Assembly (NCBI RefSeq): GCF_963921235.1
Contig: NC_086108.1
Coordinates: 78,680,001 to 78,744,000, forward strand
DNA length: 64,000 nt
Origin: Mobula hypostoma
Taxonomy: Eukaryota
Direction: 5' to 3'
Shown here piece after piece: positions 26,167 to 37,118 of this stretch. How positions within the stretch are numbered: position 1 is the first letter of the stretch; the number at the start of each line of letters is the position of its first letter. Position numbers and translations under genes: made by a program. Under the pieces are notes generated by a model, which worked only from the letters and a program-made list of their open reading frames with translations, searched no databases and was not told where the DNA came from.

Positions 26167-26202
26167 AGTCCTGATGAAAGGGCTCAGCCTGAAACGTCGA
26201 CT
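26167..26202 (+). ncRNA. Minimal hammerhead ribozyme, core intact, one stem II mismatch
   Basis: AGTC CTGATGA AAG-GGCTCAG-CCT GAAAC GTC GACT. Confidence 0.65.
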
Positions 26203-27134
26203 GTACCTCTTCCTATAGATACTGCCTGGCCTGCTGCGTTCACCAGCATTTTGTGTGTGTTGCAACAATCATACTGCATTATCTTTTTCTACTCAGGAAA
26301 CTTTAAGGAACTCACATCAGGATAAAAATATTTCCCATTCCTTTACCCTCTAAATCAATCCTCAGACTTTATGCATTTTGCGTCCAAGTTTACTTTCAAC
26401 ACTCTGCATTTTATTTCATTCCCCATCTCGGTCTCATTTCCCTCTCATTCACTGCCCTTTATTCACTTCCTAAATGCAACTACATCTCTGTAGCTCCTCT
26501 TTGTCATTAAAGATTCATCAAGATGATCTCCTCCATTAAGCTCTCTTACTCTTCCTATCAAGACTAAATTCTAATCATCCAATTTTTTTTCCGGTCCCTA
26601 TATGGATGCACATGACTTAGATTTTTAAATAACCTTCTAAAAGTACCAACTATAATGCAGAACTGTCAGAGGAATACGAAGAATAGATTGAAAGAAAATA
26701 GGTATAGGACACTGAAATCGACAGAAAAAAGCACTGATTCCAGAACTATTTTGAAAATTTATGTGCCATTGTAGAATTTGTGCACGTTACTAATTTAGTA
26801 GTATTGTCAAAAGAAAAAATTGTGATAAAATTCCAGACGGTGTTAATAAACTTGCAAATTGCTTATGTAGATCACATGCAAATGTCAGCATGTTTACACT
26901 ATCTTGGTAGAAGGAAGAGGAAGAATACATGCTGTGTGAAAAACTTGTCTAAATGGTTTTGAAAGGCAAATTTGGAATAAATTCAGAAAGGTGTCAGTTT
27001 TGTAATGGGTGCAAATATGTCATGAATGGAGAGTGTAGGATAATAATAATTGGAGGAAATGTACATAATTCACAACCACCAACATTGAATTGGAGTTCAC
27101 TTTAAGAGGCTGGTCTGACCTGATGACATACTTA

Positions 27135-27710
27135 CAGACATCCCACCCTGCAAAAACTCATTTCAGGGAGGTAGCACCATCAATTTGCGGGTAACTCCCG
27201 GGAGAGGTGGGATGTCTGCAATAGAGTAGCTCATAAGCAGCTGGCCAGCTAGTTTAAATAACGTTAGCTATGCTAATGAATGAATGACACCTGTTAAACT
27301 CACCTCAACGTGTCTTTTACAGTCTTAACCCACCATGGGCAATAGCAAAGTCATTGTTGCAAACAGTGCAGCGAGCAACACTGTCATTATTTTGACCCCT
27401 ATTAGGCAGGGGTACACTTTACTGTAGTCTGTGGTGACATATGTTTTATATATTTTTTTGGAACGCTCTGCAATGGTGCTCTCTCGCTCGCTCTCGCTCT
27501 CTCGTGGTCACTTGCGCGCTCTCTCTCTCCCTCTCTCACTTGCTTTCGCGCACGCTCGCTTGCCTTCTCTTGCGCGCTCTCTCTCTCTTTTCTCTCGCTC
27601 GCTCTCAAAAAAATTGATTTCCGTGATACTGTATATAATTTGCGGGCATCGGGGAGCCACTATTAATATGCGGGAGACTCCTGGAAGTTCCAGGAGAGGT
27701 GGGATGTCTG
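27135..27710. mobile_element. MITE with CAGACATCCCACC TIRs and a 6-bp TSD (copy 1), inside the Gypsy 5' LTR
   Basis: Termini CAGACATCCCACC and GGTGGGATGTCTG. TSD TACTTA at 27129-27134 and 27711-27716. Confidence 0.87.
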
Positions 27711-29860
27711 TACTTACGCAATATACTGTTACTGCGCTTTCTGTTCAGTGTTTAGATTGCAATAAATGAGTTATTATGGTTTTTCTTAAACATAAAATGC
27801 CTCACACCACTGTATTTGTGGAAACCTACATTGGTGACACCGATGTTCCAGGACGATTCCAGAGATATTGAACAAGTTGGCCAACAGAGTTACTTTGAAA
27901 CTGCTGGGGTTTTGAGAGCAAAATGCCATTGCTTGGTTTGTATAAGCCGAGGCCCAATTAGTGCTGCAAGAAATCACTGCAGACCACAGAAAATTCTACT
28001 AAGTGGTAGCATTGTTCAGCAGTTTCACAATATCAAGAGTGATGAGTCGACTAAAAAATCCCACCTGAACATGGTAAATACCGATGGCTGAAAACTCACC
28101 TGTTAGACTTTTGGACTATTAAGAGTCTGAGCTTGCTAAACCACTGCTCTCCTCGCTTGGCCTCATCGATGGTAAGCTGTCAGAGCTAATGGATCACACT
28201 TTGTCCCTCCTGGGAAATCACCACCCTTGTTTTATTTTTAAAGCACTCTTCATGCAGCAAATACCTGATCAAGTTTGTATTGTCCTCACTAATGCAACCG
28301 TGAAGGACTAAAGGGAGCTTACTAAAATGGCTGATAGTCTTCACTCAGCCAGGCAGCGATGCATCATTCCTCCTCCTTTCCCTGCCTCAATACGCCCAGT
28401 CAGCAAGACCTCCGACACAAGCAGGCGAAACAGTTGTGACAAGAATCACCCCTTGTAATAACACAGTTCACTAACTAATGCAGCGACACAAACTACACCG
28501 GGTCTGTGTTTTTGCCCCCCTCACTTTGATACAAGTGCTAGGAAGGGCCGACCGTCTTGCAGCTTCGACAGTGCCAGTTCATCAGGACATCAGCGGTCTG
28601 TGAACACCATGGGTTCCAGCTACCAAGGACATCTACTGTATGTTATAGATACCCTTTTGGGGCGTCGGTTCCTGTGTGACACGGGCGCACAAGTGAGTGT
28701 GCTGCCCCACTGCCTATTGATGAGAAGGCAAGGAGCGACAGAACTTACTGGAGGCCACTGACGGCAGCAGGATCCAGACTTACGGGACATGACGGGTGAT
28801 GGTCTGCCTTAGAGGATGACATCACACATGTGGTTTCATCATGGCTAGACCTCTGCTTGGTGCAGAATTCCTGTGTGCCAAGGACTATTAGTCGACCTTA
28901 AGAATGCCGGCTTGTGGAAATCAAGGACTTTGGTTTGTTACCCTGCTCCACCAGTACGTTCCCCACACCAACTCTGTCAAGCACATGCACCACTGCTTTA
29001 CAAAATCCCAGACCTCACCAAGCTCACATTCTCCACTACAGTCACAAAGCATTGGGTCAAGCACCACACTTCCACAACAGGCCCACCTAGTCCAAGCCCC
29101 AGTGCGTCAACTGGACCCAGAAAAGTGAGCAACCGTGAAGGCTGAGTTTGCCAACATGCAAAGACTTGGCATTGCACGCCAGTCAAATAGCTCCAGGGCT
29201 TCACCCCTCCATATGATCCCCAGGTCCGAAGGCGATTGCTGGCCATGAGGTGATTACTGACGCCTTAAAAAGATCACCATCCCCCAATTGTTACCCGGTC
29301 CCACACAGCTAAGACTTTTAGGCATGTTTAGCCAGAAAACTAACTTTTTTGAAAGTCAATCTAGTTAGGGGCTACCATCAGGTGCCTCAGTGCTCAGAGA
29401 ACATTCACAAAACGGCTGTGATAACCCTGTTTGGCCTCTCAGCTTCTGCGTATGCCGTTTGGACTGAAACATGCAGCACAGACCTTTGAACTGCTGATAG
29501 ACTCTGTATTAAAAGACTTAAGACTTTCTTTCAGTTCACCTGGATGACATACTTGTCACCAGAGCATCCAAATTCGCGTGCTTAAAACAACATGGGTTAA
29601 TTACTAACCCTGCTAAATGCCAGTTTGGGTTATCAACCACTGACTTTCTCAGCCATCGCATCTCCACAGAGGGTGCGAACCCCGCCCCCCCATCAAAATT
29701 AGCCGCTGTTATGAATCTCACACTACTCCACACGACTAAAAAACTATAGGAGCTTTTAGGTATGGCGAATTTCTATCACCATTTCATTCTGCAAGCTGCT
29801 GTGCTTATGCTCCCCCTGTATAGTGAGCTTAAAACAATACCCCTAATCCCAATACCCCTA

Positions 29861-30508
29861 GGAGGGAGGAGAAGATGGCGGTGCGACTCAGCACACCCGG
29901 CCATTCCAAATGAATATCGATTATGTGTTAACTAGGGGCCGTGCACCATCTAGATTTGATGGAGACAGCCGTGAGAAGCGCAGAGGAGCATCTGGAGTAA
30001 CTTCTGAAATGCCTGCTCCACTGCCGCTGCTACTGTGCAATCGAGAATCTCCGGAGACGAAGGCCCCAAACCCTCGGCTTTGCGTATCGCCTGTTGCCGG
30101 GGCCAGGGTCGAAGCGCTCGGCAGAGATGGTGCTCGGTGCTCGGTGTCGAATAGGTGGTCGGAGGCTCGGAGTTTATCGGATGGATTCAGAGTCAGACTG
30201 TGGTCAGATGCCTCCAGGATGCTGCACCAGCAAGTTGGCGGCGCTGCAGGTTTACCGTCTGCATGAGATGATGGGACTTTCGAGAGACTTTGAGACTTTT
30301 ACTGTGCCATGGTCTGTTCTTATCAAATTACGGTATTGTTTTGCACTGTTGTAACTATATGTTATAATTATGTGGTTTTTGTTAGTTTTTAAGTTGGTTT
30401 GTCATGTGTTTTTTGTGATATCATTCTGGAAAAAACATTTTATCATTTCTTAATGTACGCATTACTGAACGACAATAAAAGGGGACTGCGTGTCCTCATA
30501 ATCATAAT
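29861..30508 (+). mobile_element. ~620-bp non-coding retro-family, copy 3 (full length), inserted in Gypsy pol
   Basis: Starts GGAGGGAGGAGAAGATGGCG and ends GACAATAAAAGGGGACTGCGTGTCCTCATAATCATAAT. Confidence 0.87.
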
Positions 30509-33452
30509 AATCACATGCTTTCCCAGTTAGCAGACATGATCAGGGCATTTGACACCAAATGAGCTCTTTCCAACTCAACCCTACTGGCACAACCGCTCCT
30601 CAATGTGCCGAAAGCCATTACTACTGGCACTTCAGACTATGCTGTGGGTGCTGTGCACGAACAGTTGGTTGGAGGCGTGTGGCAGCCTCTCAGCTTCTTC
30701 AGGTGGCAGGTCTGTCCCCCTGAAAGTACAGCACATCTGACTGTGAGTTTCTCAGTCTCTATCTGTCTGTCTGCCATTTTCGTTTTCTTCTAGAGGGTCG
30801 CCATTTCCCAGCGTTCGATGACCACAAACCCCTTGTGCATGTGATGGCCAAAACATCGACCCTTGGTCTGCATGGCAGCGATGCCAACTGGCCTACATAT
30901 CACAGTTCACAACTGATAAACAACATATCACCGGGAAAAATAACGTCTTGGCTGATTGTTTTGTGTGGTCAGCTGTTGAGGCCATACACATAGGGGTTAA
31001 CCGTGACGCCATCGCAGCCAACCGAGCTACTGACCCAGAGGTCCGTGCTTACCAAATAGTAGTGACGGACTTGCAGTTGGCTGATATTAAGATTGGGGAA
31101 GCTGAGATTTCTCTCCTGTGCGATGTCTCAACCGGTCGCCCTTGACTCATCGTGCCCACACACTGGAGGTGGACTATTTTTGACTCCATTCATGGCCTCT
31201 CACATCCGGGCTGGAAGGCCTTACAAAAACTGGTTGCACTAAAGCTCATGTAGCACAGCCTTCAGAAGGACGTGCGTGATTGGACTGCAGCCTGTGTGGA
31301 GTGCCAACGGGCAAAAATTAACCGTCATGTCCAGGTGCCTGAGGTCCCTGAGCAATGGTTTGACCATATCAATATGGACCTTGTTGGCCCTCTTCCCCCC
31401 CTCCCGCAGTTTCACACACCTCCTTACCACGGTGGACCATACCACCAGGTGGTCAGAGGTCATCCCTCTAGCATTAACAGTGGCTGTAGATGTGGTTCGA
31501 GTGTTCATCAGCACCTGGGTTGCTCAGTTTGGCACCCCATCGATTTTTCCTCTGACCACAGTTCCCAATTCATATCAGACTTCTGGACTGCGATGGCCCA
31601 GAACCTCAGTGTTAGGCGACATCACACGACAGCATATCACCCACAATCCAAAGGCCTACGTGAGCATTTTTACTGCTCCTTAAAGGCTGCTCAGAGGGTT
31701 TCCCTGACAGATGAGTGTTGGCATGATCATCCTCCATGAATCCTTCTGGGGCACAGAACAGCTCCAAAAGTGTACCTGCAAACGTCCGCAGCTGAGTTGG
31801 TAAACGGGAAGCCATTAAAAGTGCCAGGTGATTTTATTCCTGATGCCACGACTGCCTGGTTGGTCTCGCAATAGCATTCCACCCTCCACAGTAAATTCAA
31901 TTCCTTTGCACCCCTTCCTACCTCCCATCATGGCATACAGCCCACTAGGGTTCCTGTTGATCTACATTCTGCCTCATTTGTTTTCGTCCGCAATGATACA
32001 CACCAACGTCCCGTTAGGCTGCCTTACAATGGCCCGTTCCGCATTTTGGAACAGGAAGGAAAAACTTTTATCAGAAATAAGAGAGATAAACCTGAAGGTG
32101 TTTCGGTAAATCACCTTTTAGGAGGACTCTGCTACCATGTTCCTGCTTTCATGACATGACCACGTGCGTTTCAATATACCTCTGGACAGGCTCACAGTGC
32201 CAGTTTTCATGAACTCTTGGGGGGTGGGAGGCATGTAGGGTAACAAAACCGCTGTAAACGTTCAGAATTCACAACCAACATTGAGTTGGGGTTCACTTTA
32301 AGAGCCTGGCCTGACGTGATCATGTATTTGCATGAAGTACTGTTACCGCACTTTGTGTTTTGATGACAATAAATGAGTTCTTACAATTTTCTTAAACATA
32401 AAAACACCTCAGACCTTTTTATTTGCGAAAATCTACAGAGAGCCCAAATCAAAAAGCTATATATCCACATCTCAAAAGAGATTTAAGTGTTCCTTGATAG
32501 TCCAGCAACAAAGGAAGTCCTTGCTGGTCTCCATTCTAATCTCATGGTACCAATAAATCTCCAGCAAGGGACTGATTTTAAAAAAATCAAACATGGCCAG
32601 TTCCAGGTGTGCCTAAGGGGCTCCCTTTGAGCCAGCATCTGTTTATTGATTGGCGTATTGACAGTCAATTTACATACAAATGCACACAACAACCAGCTGA
32701 ATCAGAGGTAGAATCAAGGTGAATGGGAGATATAGCATACTCAGCTGATTCCTCACTTCCACAGTGACATTTCAAATGCATTTTAAAGTGGTACATTGAA
32801 AACCTGTTCTAATGGAAGATCATTGAACTGAAATATTGATTAATTATGTCAACATGGATGCTGACTGGGCTGGTGAGTATTGGACTTGCATTTTTTGTGT
32901 TCCGATTTCTGGGCTGCATACTATTTTTTCTTTGAGTGAATACGTTCCCCTGCTTGCAAGACCACTGAATGAAATGATTTCAGACAACCTGAACCCAGTT
33001 TATGATGAGCATGATAGAACAACCTGTAATTTATCAGTCACTGCCAGCTGCACAGACAGGGAAACTGAACTCCCATGATACGTTGCAGATTTAAATTGTC
33101 AGAGAATGCACTCCTTAGGTTAGTAAGCATTAGTGTGGGAGAAAAAACAAAGATGTTTTAGGCCAAGGAGCATTCATCAGAACTGAGAAGGAGAGGGTAA
33201 GGTGGCTGCAAGGAATACTGAAGCCACATACAACAGTTAGAGAGGGGGAGATGGACAGGACAAAGAGAATACTCTTTGATAGAACGTGGAACAAAGATGA
33301 TGAAGAGATTTTTTTTAAATCTTGCAATTAGAACAAGGTATACAGTTGGAGCATGCTTTTGGTGGGAAGGGTGGATTCAGATTAGCAGGAAATTCTATAT
33401 CTAGGAGAGAATGCCGTTCTGCAATGTATTCCACCCTAGAAACATTGCACAT

Positions 33453-34070
33453 TTAAATTATGAAGACACGTAGTCCCCTTTTATTGTCATTTAGTAATGC
33501 ATGCATTAAGAAATGATACATTATTTCCTCCGGTGTGATATCACAAAACACAGGACAAACCAAGACTGAAAAAACTGACAAAACCACATAATTATACATA
33601 TAGTTACAAACAGTGTAACAATACCATAACTTGATAAATTCTGTGAGCACAGTAAAGTTCAAAGTTTCTCAAATGTCCCACATCTCACGCAGACGGGAGA
33701 AGGAAGAAAAACTCTCCCTACCACTCCGACCACAATCCGACTCTGAGTCATCCGAAAACTTCGAGCTCTGATCAGCCCTCCAACACCGAGTACTGAGCGG
33801 CATCTCTGCCGAACGATTCGACCTCCTTCTCGGTCGCCAAAAGCAGGCAAGGCCGGGGATTTTGAGGCCTACCCTCCAAAAGATTCCCGACCACACAGTA
33901 ATGACAGCAGTGGATGGGCGTTTCAGAAATTTCTCCAGATGTTCCTCTGTGCTTTCACGTCCATTCTCCATCAAATCAGAATTGCCCACGGCCCCTATTT
34001 AACAGATACGATATCATTTTTCACTGGAGAGCTGCGCACGCGCGGCACGCTGCCATCTTCTCCTCCCACC
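33453..34070 (-). mobile_element. ~620-bp non-coding retro-family, copy 4 (full length)
   Basis: Same 5' (GG.GGGAGGAGAAGATGGC) and 3' ends as the other copies. Confidence 0.87.
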
Positions 34071-34762
34071 GAGAACAAACATCCAATCGTAACCCTGAGG
34101 CTCTAACCATTGCTCCTGAGCTCAACATTCACTGAGTAAAACAAGTATAATGAATAGAGACAAGAAGCAGCTGCACAGACGAAAGACAAGTTTCTAGGTG
34201 AATCCTTCAGAGTGCATCTTCGACAAAGGCAGCATTTTCCAAGTTATGAAGTCATTAACCTCACCTTCTACTTCTTGTTCATAGTTTTGATTTGTGCTTT
34301 AGCATTGAGTGCTGAGGGTATCAGCGGGGGAACTGGCCTGGAGCAGTTACTCAGCACAAGCATGTACTCCACAAATTGAAATGGCAGCAGAAGTAATCCA
34401 AGGTTAATGAGTATCTCTCTATTGAATGTTAATTTGACCTCTGCACATTGTCAGACTCTGTGACTTCAAGCTAGAAACCTCAATATCATCGATACTATTT
34501 AAAAAGGGTCAACAAAAGGATGTTTAAAATTGGGTCACATTGTTGAATTAGGAGAACTTCTTCAGCAAGTGCTTCTCAGGAAGAGACACCAGATTTATAG
34601 AAACTTAAACATAACCTCTGTACGGGCTGAACACCGATTTAAACTGAGTTCTGATGGTAAAGCAAGATCGACACCCATCTTCAAGATGAACCCTAATTCT
34701 TGTCAACAAGATTTTTAAACTTAGTTACTCTTCTCTCTGCCAATTACAATAACTCTATATAC

Positions 34763-34951
34763 CAGTGGCCCCCAACCCCAGGCCGTGAGGAAACGATATG
34801 ATTTGGTGATATGAAACTTTACGAGTCAGCTGCACCTTTCCTCATTCCCTGTCACGCATTGTTGAACTTGAACACCACCCCCATCGGCCGGTCCGCAAGA
34901 ATATTGTCAATATTAAACCGGCTGCGGTGCAAAATAGGTTGGGGACCCCTG
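34763..34951. mobile_element. hAT MITE
   Basis: Termini CAGTGGCCCCCAACC and GGTTGGGGACCCCTG. Exact 8-bp TSD CTATATAC (34755-34762, 34952-34959). Confidence 0.88.
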
Positions 34952-35499
34952 CTATATACAGTACAGCTTCAATCATATTAAGCATTTCAATTACTAAATT
35001 CAGGACAATCTTTCTAACCGTTGTCACCATGTAAACCATCAAAAGAAACACAGGCACAATTTTTTAGACTTTGTGCTGAATTGTACATGCTCCAACCCAC
35101 CACTCTCACGAGTATCCTGAGCTATCCCCACAACCATACCAAGTTTTTAACAGGGTCCCATGTCTAGGTTACATGTATAACTCAGGACATGAGTGGTAAC
35201 AAAACACCGAAACAATACGGTCTGATCTCACGCCCACAGCACAATTCTGATGCTCGCTGACTGCTGCTGAAAGCCTGTTTCACTGTAATTAAGTACTTCT
35301 GACTCTCAGAGATATTTAAGGCAGTGAAAACTGGTTTAATTTAAAAGCTAAATGTTTTTTTTAAACTAAATTTATTTAACGTAAAAACTGGAGTTAATTA
35401 GAAACATATAGAGCAATAATTAAGAAATGTAACAAGTATATCTGTACTTAATTAACATTAAATGAATGTGGCCATGCTTGACGCTTCTGGTATGACTGG

Positions 35500-35960
35500 T
35501 AAACTGGTTTATTGTTGTCACGTACTGAGGTACAGCGAAGTTTTGCAAACTGCTCATACAGATCATTTTGTTACAACCGTGCATTGAGTTAGCACAAAGG
35601 ACACAGAATAATGTGTTACAGTGACAGAGAAAGTGCAGTGCAGGCAGACAATCAGGTGTAAGGTCATAACAAGGTAGTTTGTGAGGTCAAAAGTCCATTT
35701 TATCATACTCTGCCCCAGTAACTAGAGTTCAATAGTGTTATGACAATGTGATACAAGCTGCCCTCAAGCCTGCTGGTACATGCCTTAGGCTTTTGTATCT
35801 CCTGCCTGATGGGAGATGGGAGAGAATGAACAAGGTGGCATAAAGCTGAGGGGCCTGGTACAGAGTGTATCCAACCTCTCAGCTGTCGAAGTTGCTTGGA
35901 GAAAATGGCACGTCCAGAAGTACACATGCGACCTCCAAAAACATTGTGTAGTTGGAAAAC
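35500..35960 (-). mobile_element. Rex1-like LINE 3' fragment, degraded
   Basis: The reverse strand gives LPS..RYKSL..TSRL..S.Y..VI.LLN. AATAAACC tail near 35505. Confidence 0.65.
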
Positions 35961-37038
35961 TCTTTCAAAGAGTGAGTGAAATTGTGCAAAATCTTTCAAT
36001 GATAAAAATGATCACTGTTGAGAAATGTCATTTGGCCCATTATAACTCTGCCTAATTTGAAACAATGTATTACAGTGCTTTAAAGTTGGTTAGTGGACAG
36101 ACAGTAGAAGATAAAAGTGAATGGGTCATTTCTGATGACAGAAGGATCCATACTGAGATCTAATGATTTTGACGAAGGGACCATAAGTTATATACACAAG
36201 GCAGCCAATAACTCATAGGTAGGTGAGAAAGTTAACGATGTAAAAGACAGAAAAACGTACAAGCAGATGGAGATCAGTTAAGAGTTTGGACAAGAGGGAT
36301 CAGCATGTGAAGAAGTGTGAAGTTCTCCACCTTCCATGGAAAGCAGGTTTTACTTATGAAGAAGGTGACAGACTAGTTAATATTTGCATTTCAGTGGATA
36401 CATCGTGGAGAGTTAACTGGCAGTGGAAAATACAAAAATGGGAGATGCTGGAAATCTGACATTGAAACTACTCAACAACTCAGCAGCATCTTCTGAAATG
36501 CCCTTGTCCTGAAAAGCTAACTCTTCCTGTCTGATCTGCTTGAAGTAAATAGCATTATCAAGCAGGCCTTCCACTTCCCCTTGCAACAGCATATCCATCT
36601 GCAATCCCATCATCAACGTCTTAGCGATGTAGGTGGCAAGCAAATCCACTGATGAGAAACACGAGTCCATCCACACAAAGGCTGTGGTAACGAGCCTACC
36701 AGACTCCCCAAAGCATCCCATCACATAGAAATTAGGTATATCTCAAAATACTCTCCATTTCTTGAATGAATGAAGCTTCAACATAACTAAAACTTGACAT
36801 CACCCAAAATGAAGCACCATCTTCATCATCTTAATTATTCAGTCCTCCCACCACTGGTGTGCCAAGGCTACCTTGATACCTTCAACTTCTATCCTGTTGA
36901 ATTAGGGAGTCGAATTGTTATTTCTCTTGTAGATTTACTTTCCTATGTGTATGACTTTTATATAATCTCCTATATAGATGTAATTGTTCACTAGATTTTC
37001 TAGTAATTGTGGTATAGCTCATTCGGTATTTCCTACAG

Positions 37039-37118
37039 CATGGGATTCCAACCTTTCTTATGCCATGGAGACCAACCATAAACCGAGGGGTCCACGGACT
37101 GCAGGTTGTGAACCCCTG
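37039..37118. mobile_element. 80-bp hAT-type MITE, degraded
   Basis: Termini CATGGGATTCCAACC and GGTTGTGAACCCCTG. Flanks TCCTACAG and TTCTAAAG (6/8 match). Confidence 0.6.

Larger units (their letters stand above)
25314..26263. mobile_element. Penelope-like insertion made of two inverted pseudo-LTR arms
   Basis: Minus arm 25314-25711 and plus arm 25712-26263, the latter including the end of the GIY-YIG coding region. 15-bp TSD AACAATCATACTGCA at 25299-25313 and 26264-26278. Confidence 0.9.
27034..32437 (+). mobile_element. Full-length decayed Ty3/Gypsy LTR retrotransposon with two nested insertions
   Basis: 5' LTR 27034-27830 and 3' LTR 32234-32437 (TGTAGG...CTACA), with 5-bp TSD GAGAG. PBS TGGTGACACCGATGT (tRNA-Trp-like) at 27832 and a G-rich PPT before 32234. 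Coding remnants in order: gag (KL.GF....AWF..AEAQ), protease FLCDTGAQVSVLP (~28670), RT HLDDILV (~29537), RNase H, integrase MDLVGPLP...HHTTAYHPQS. Many stops and frameshifts. Confidence 0.93.

Noticed and set aside
30313..30325. TCTGTTCTTATCA match to U2 snRNA
   Set aside because: Only 13 bp, not conserved in the other copies of the family, and no flanking U2 similarity.
34268..34405. Minus-strand frame GLLLLPFQFVEYMLVLSNCSRP..., recalling SNCSRP in the B4GALT2 stem region
   Set aside because: It lacks the conserved transmembrane/YFDVY motif, hits a stop before any CP..SP.L end, and has no suitable upstream ATG. Treated as chance.
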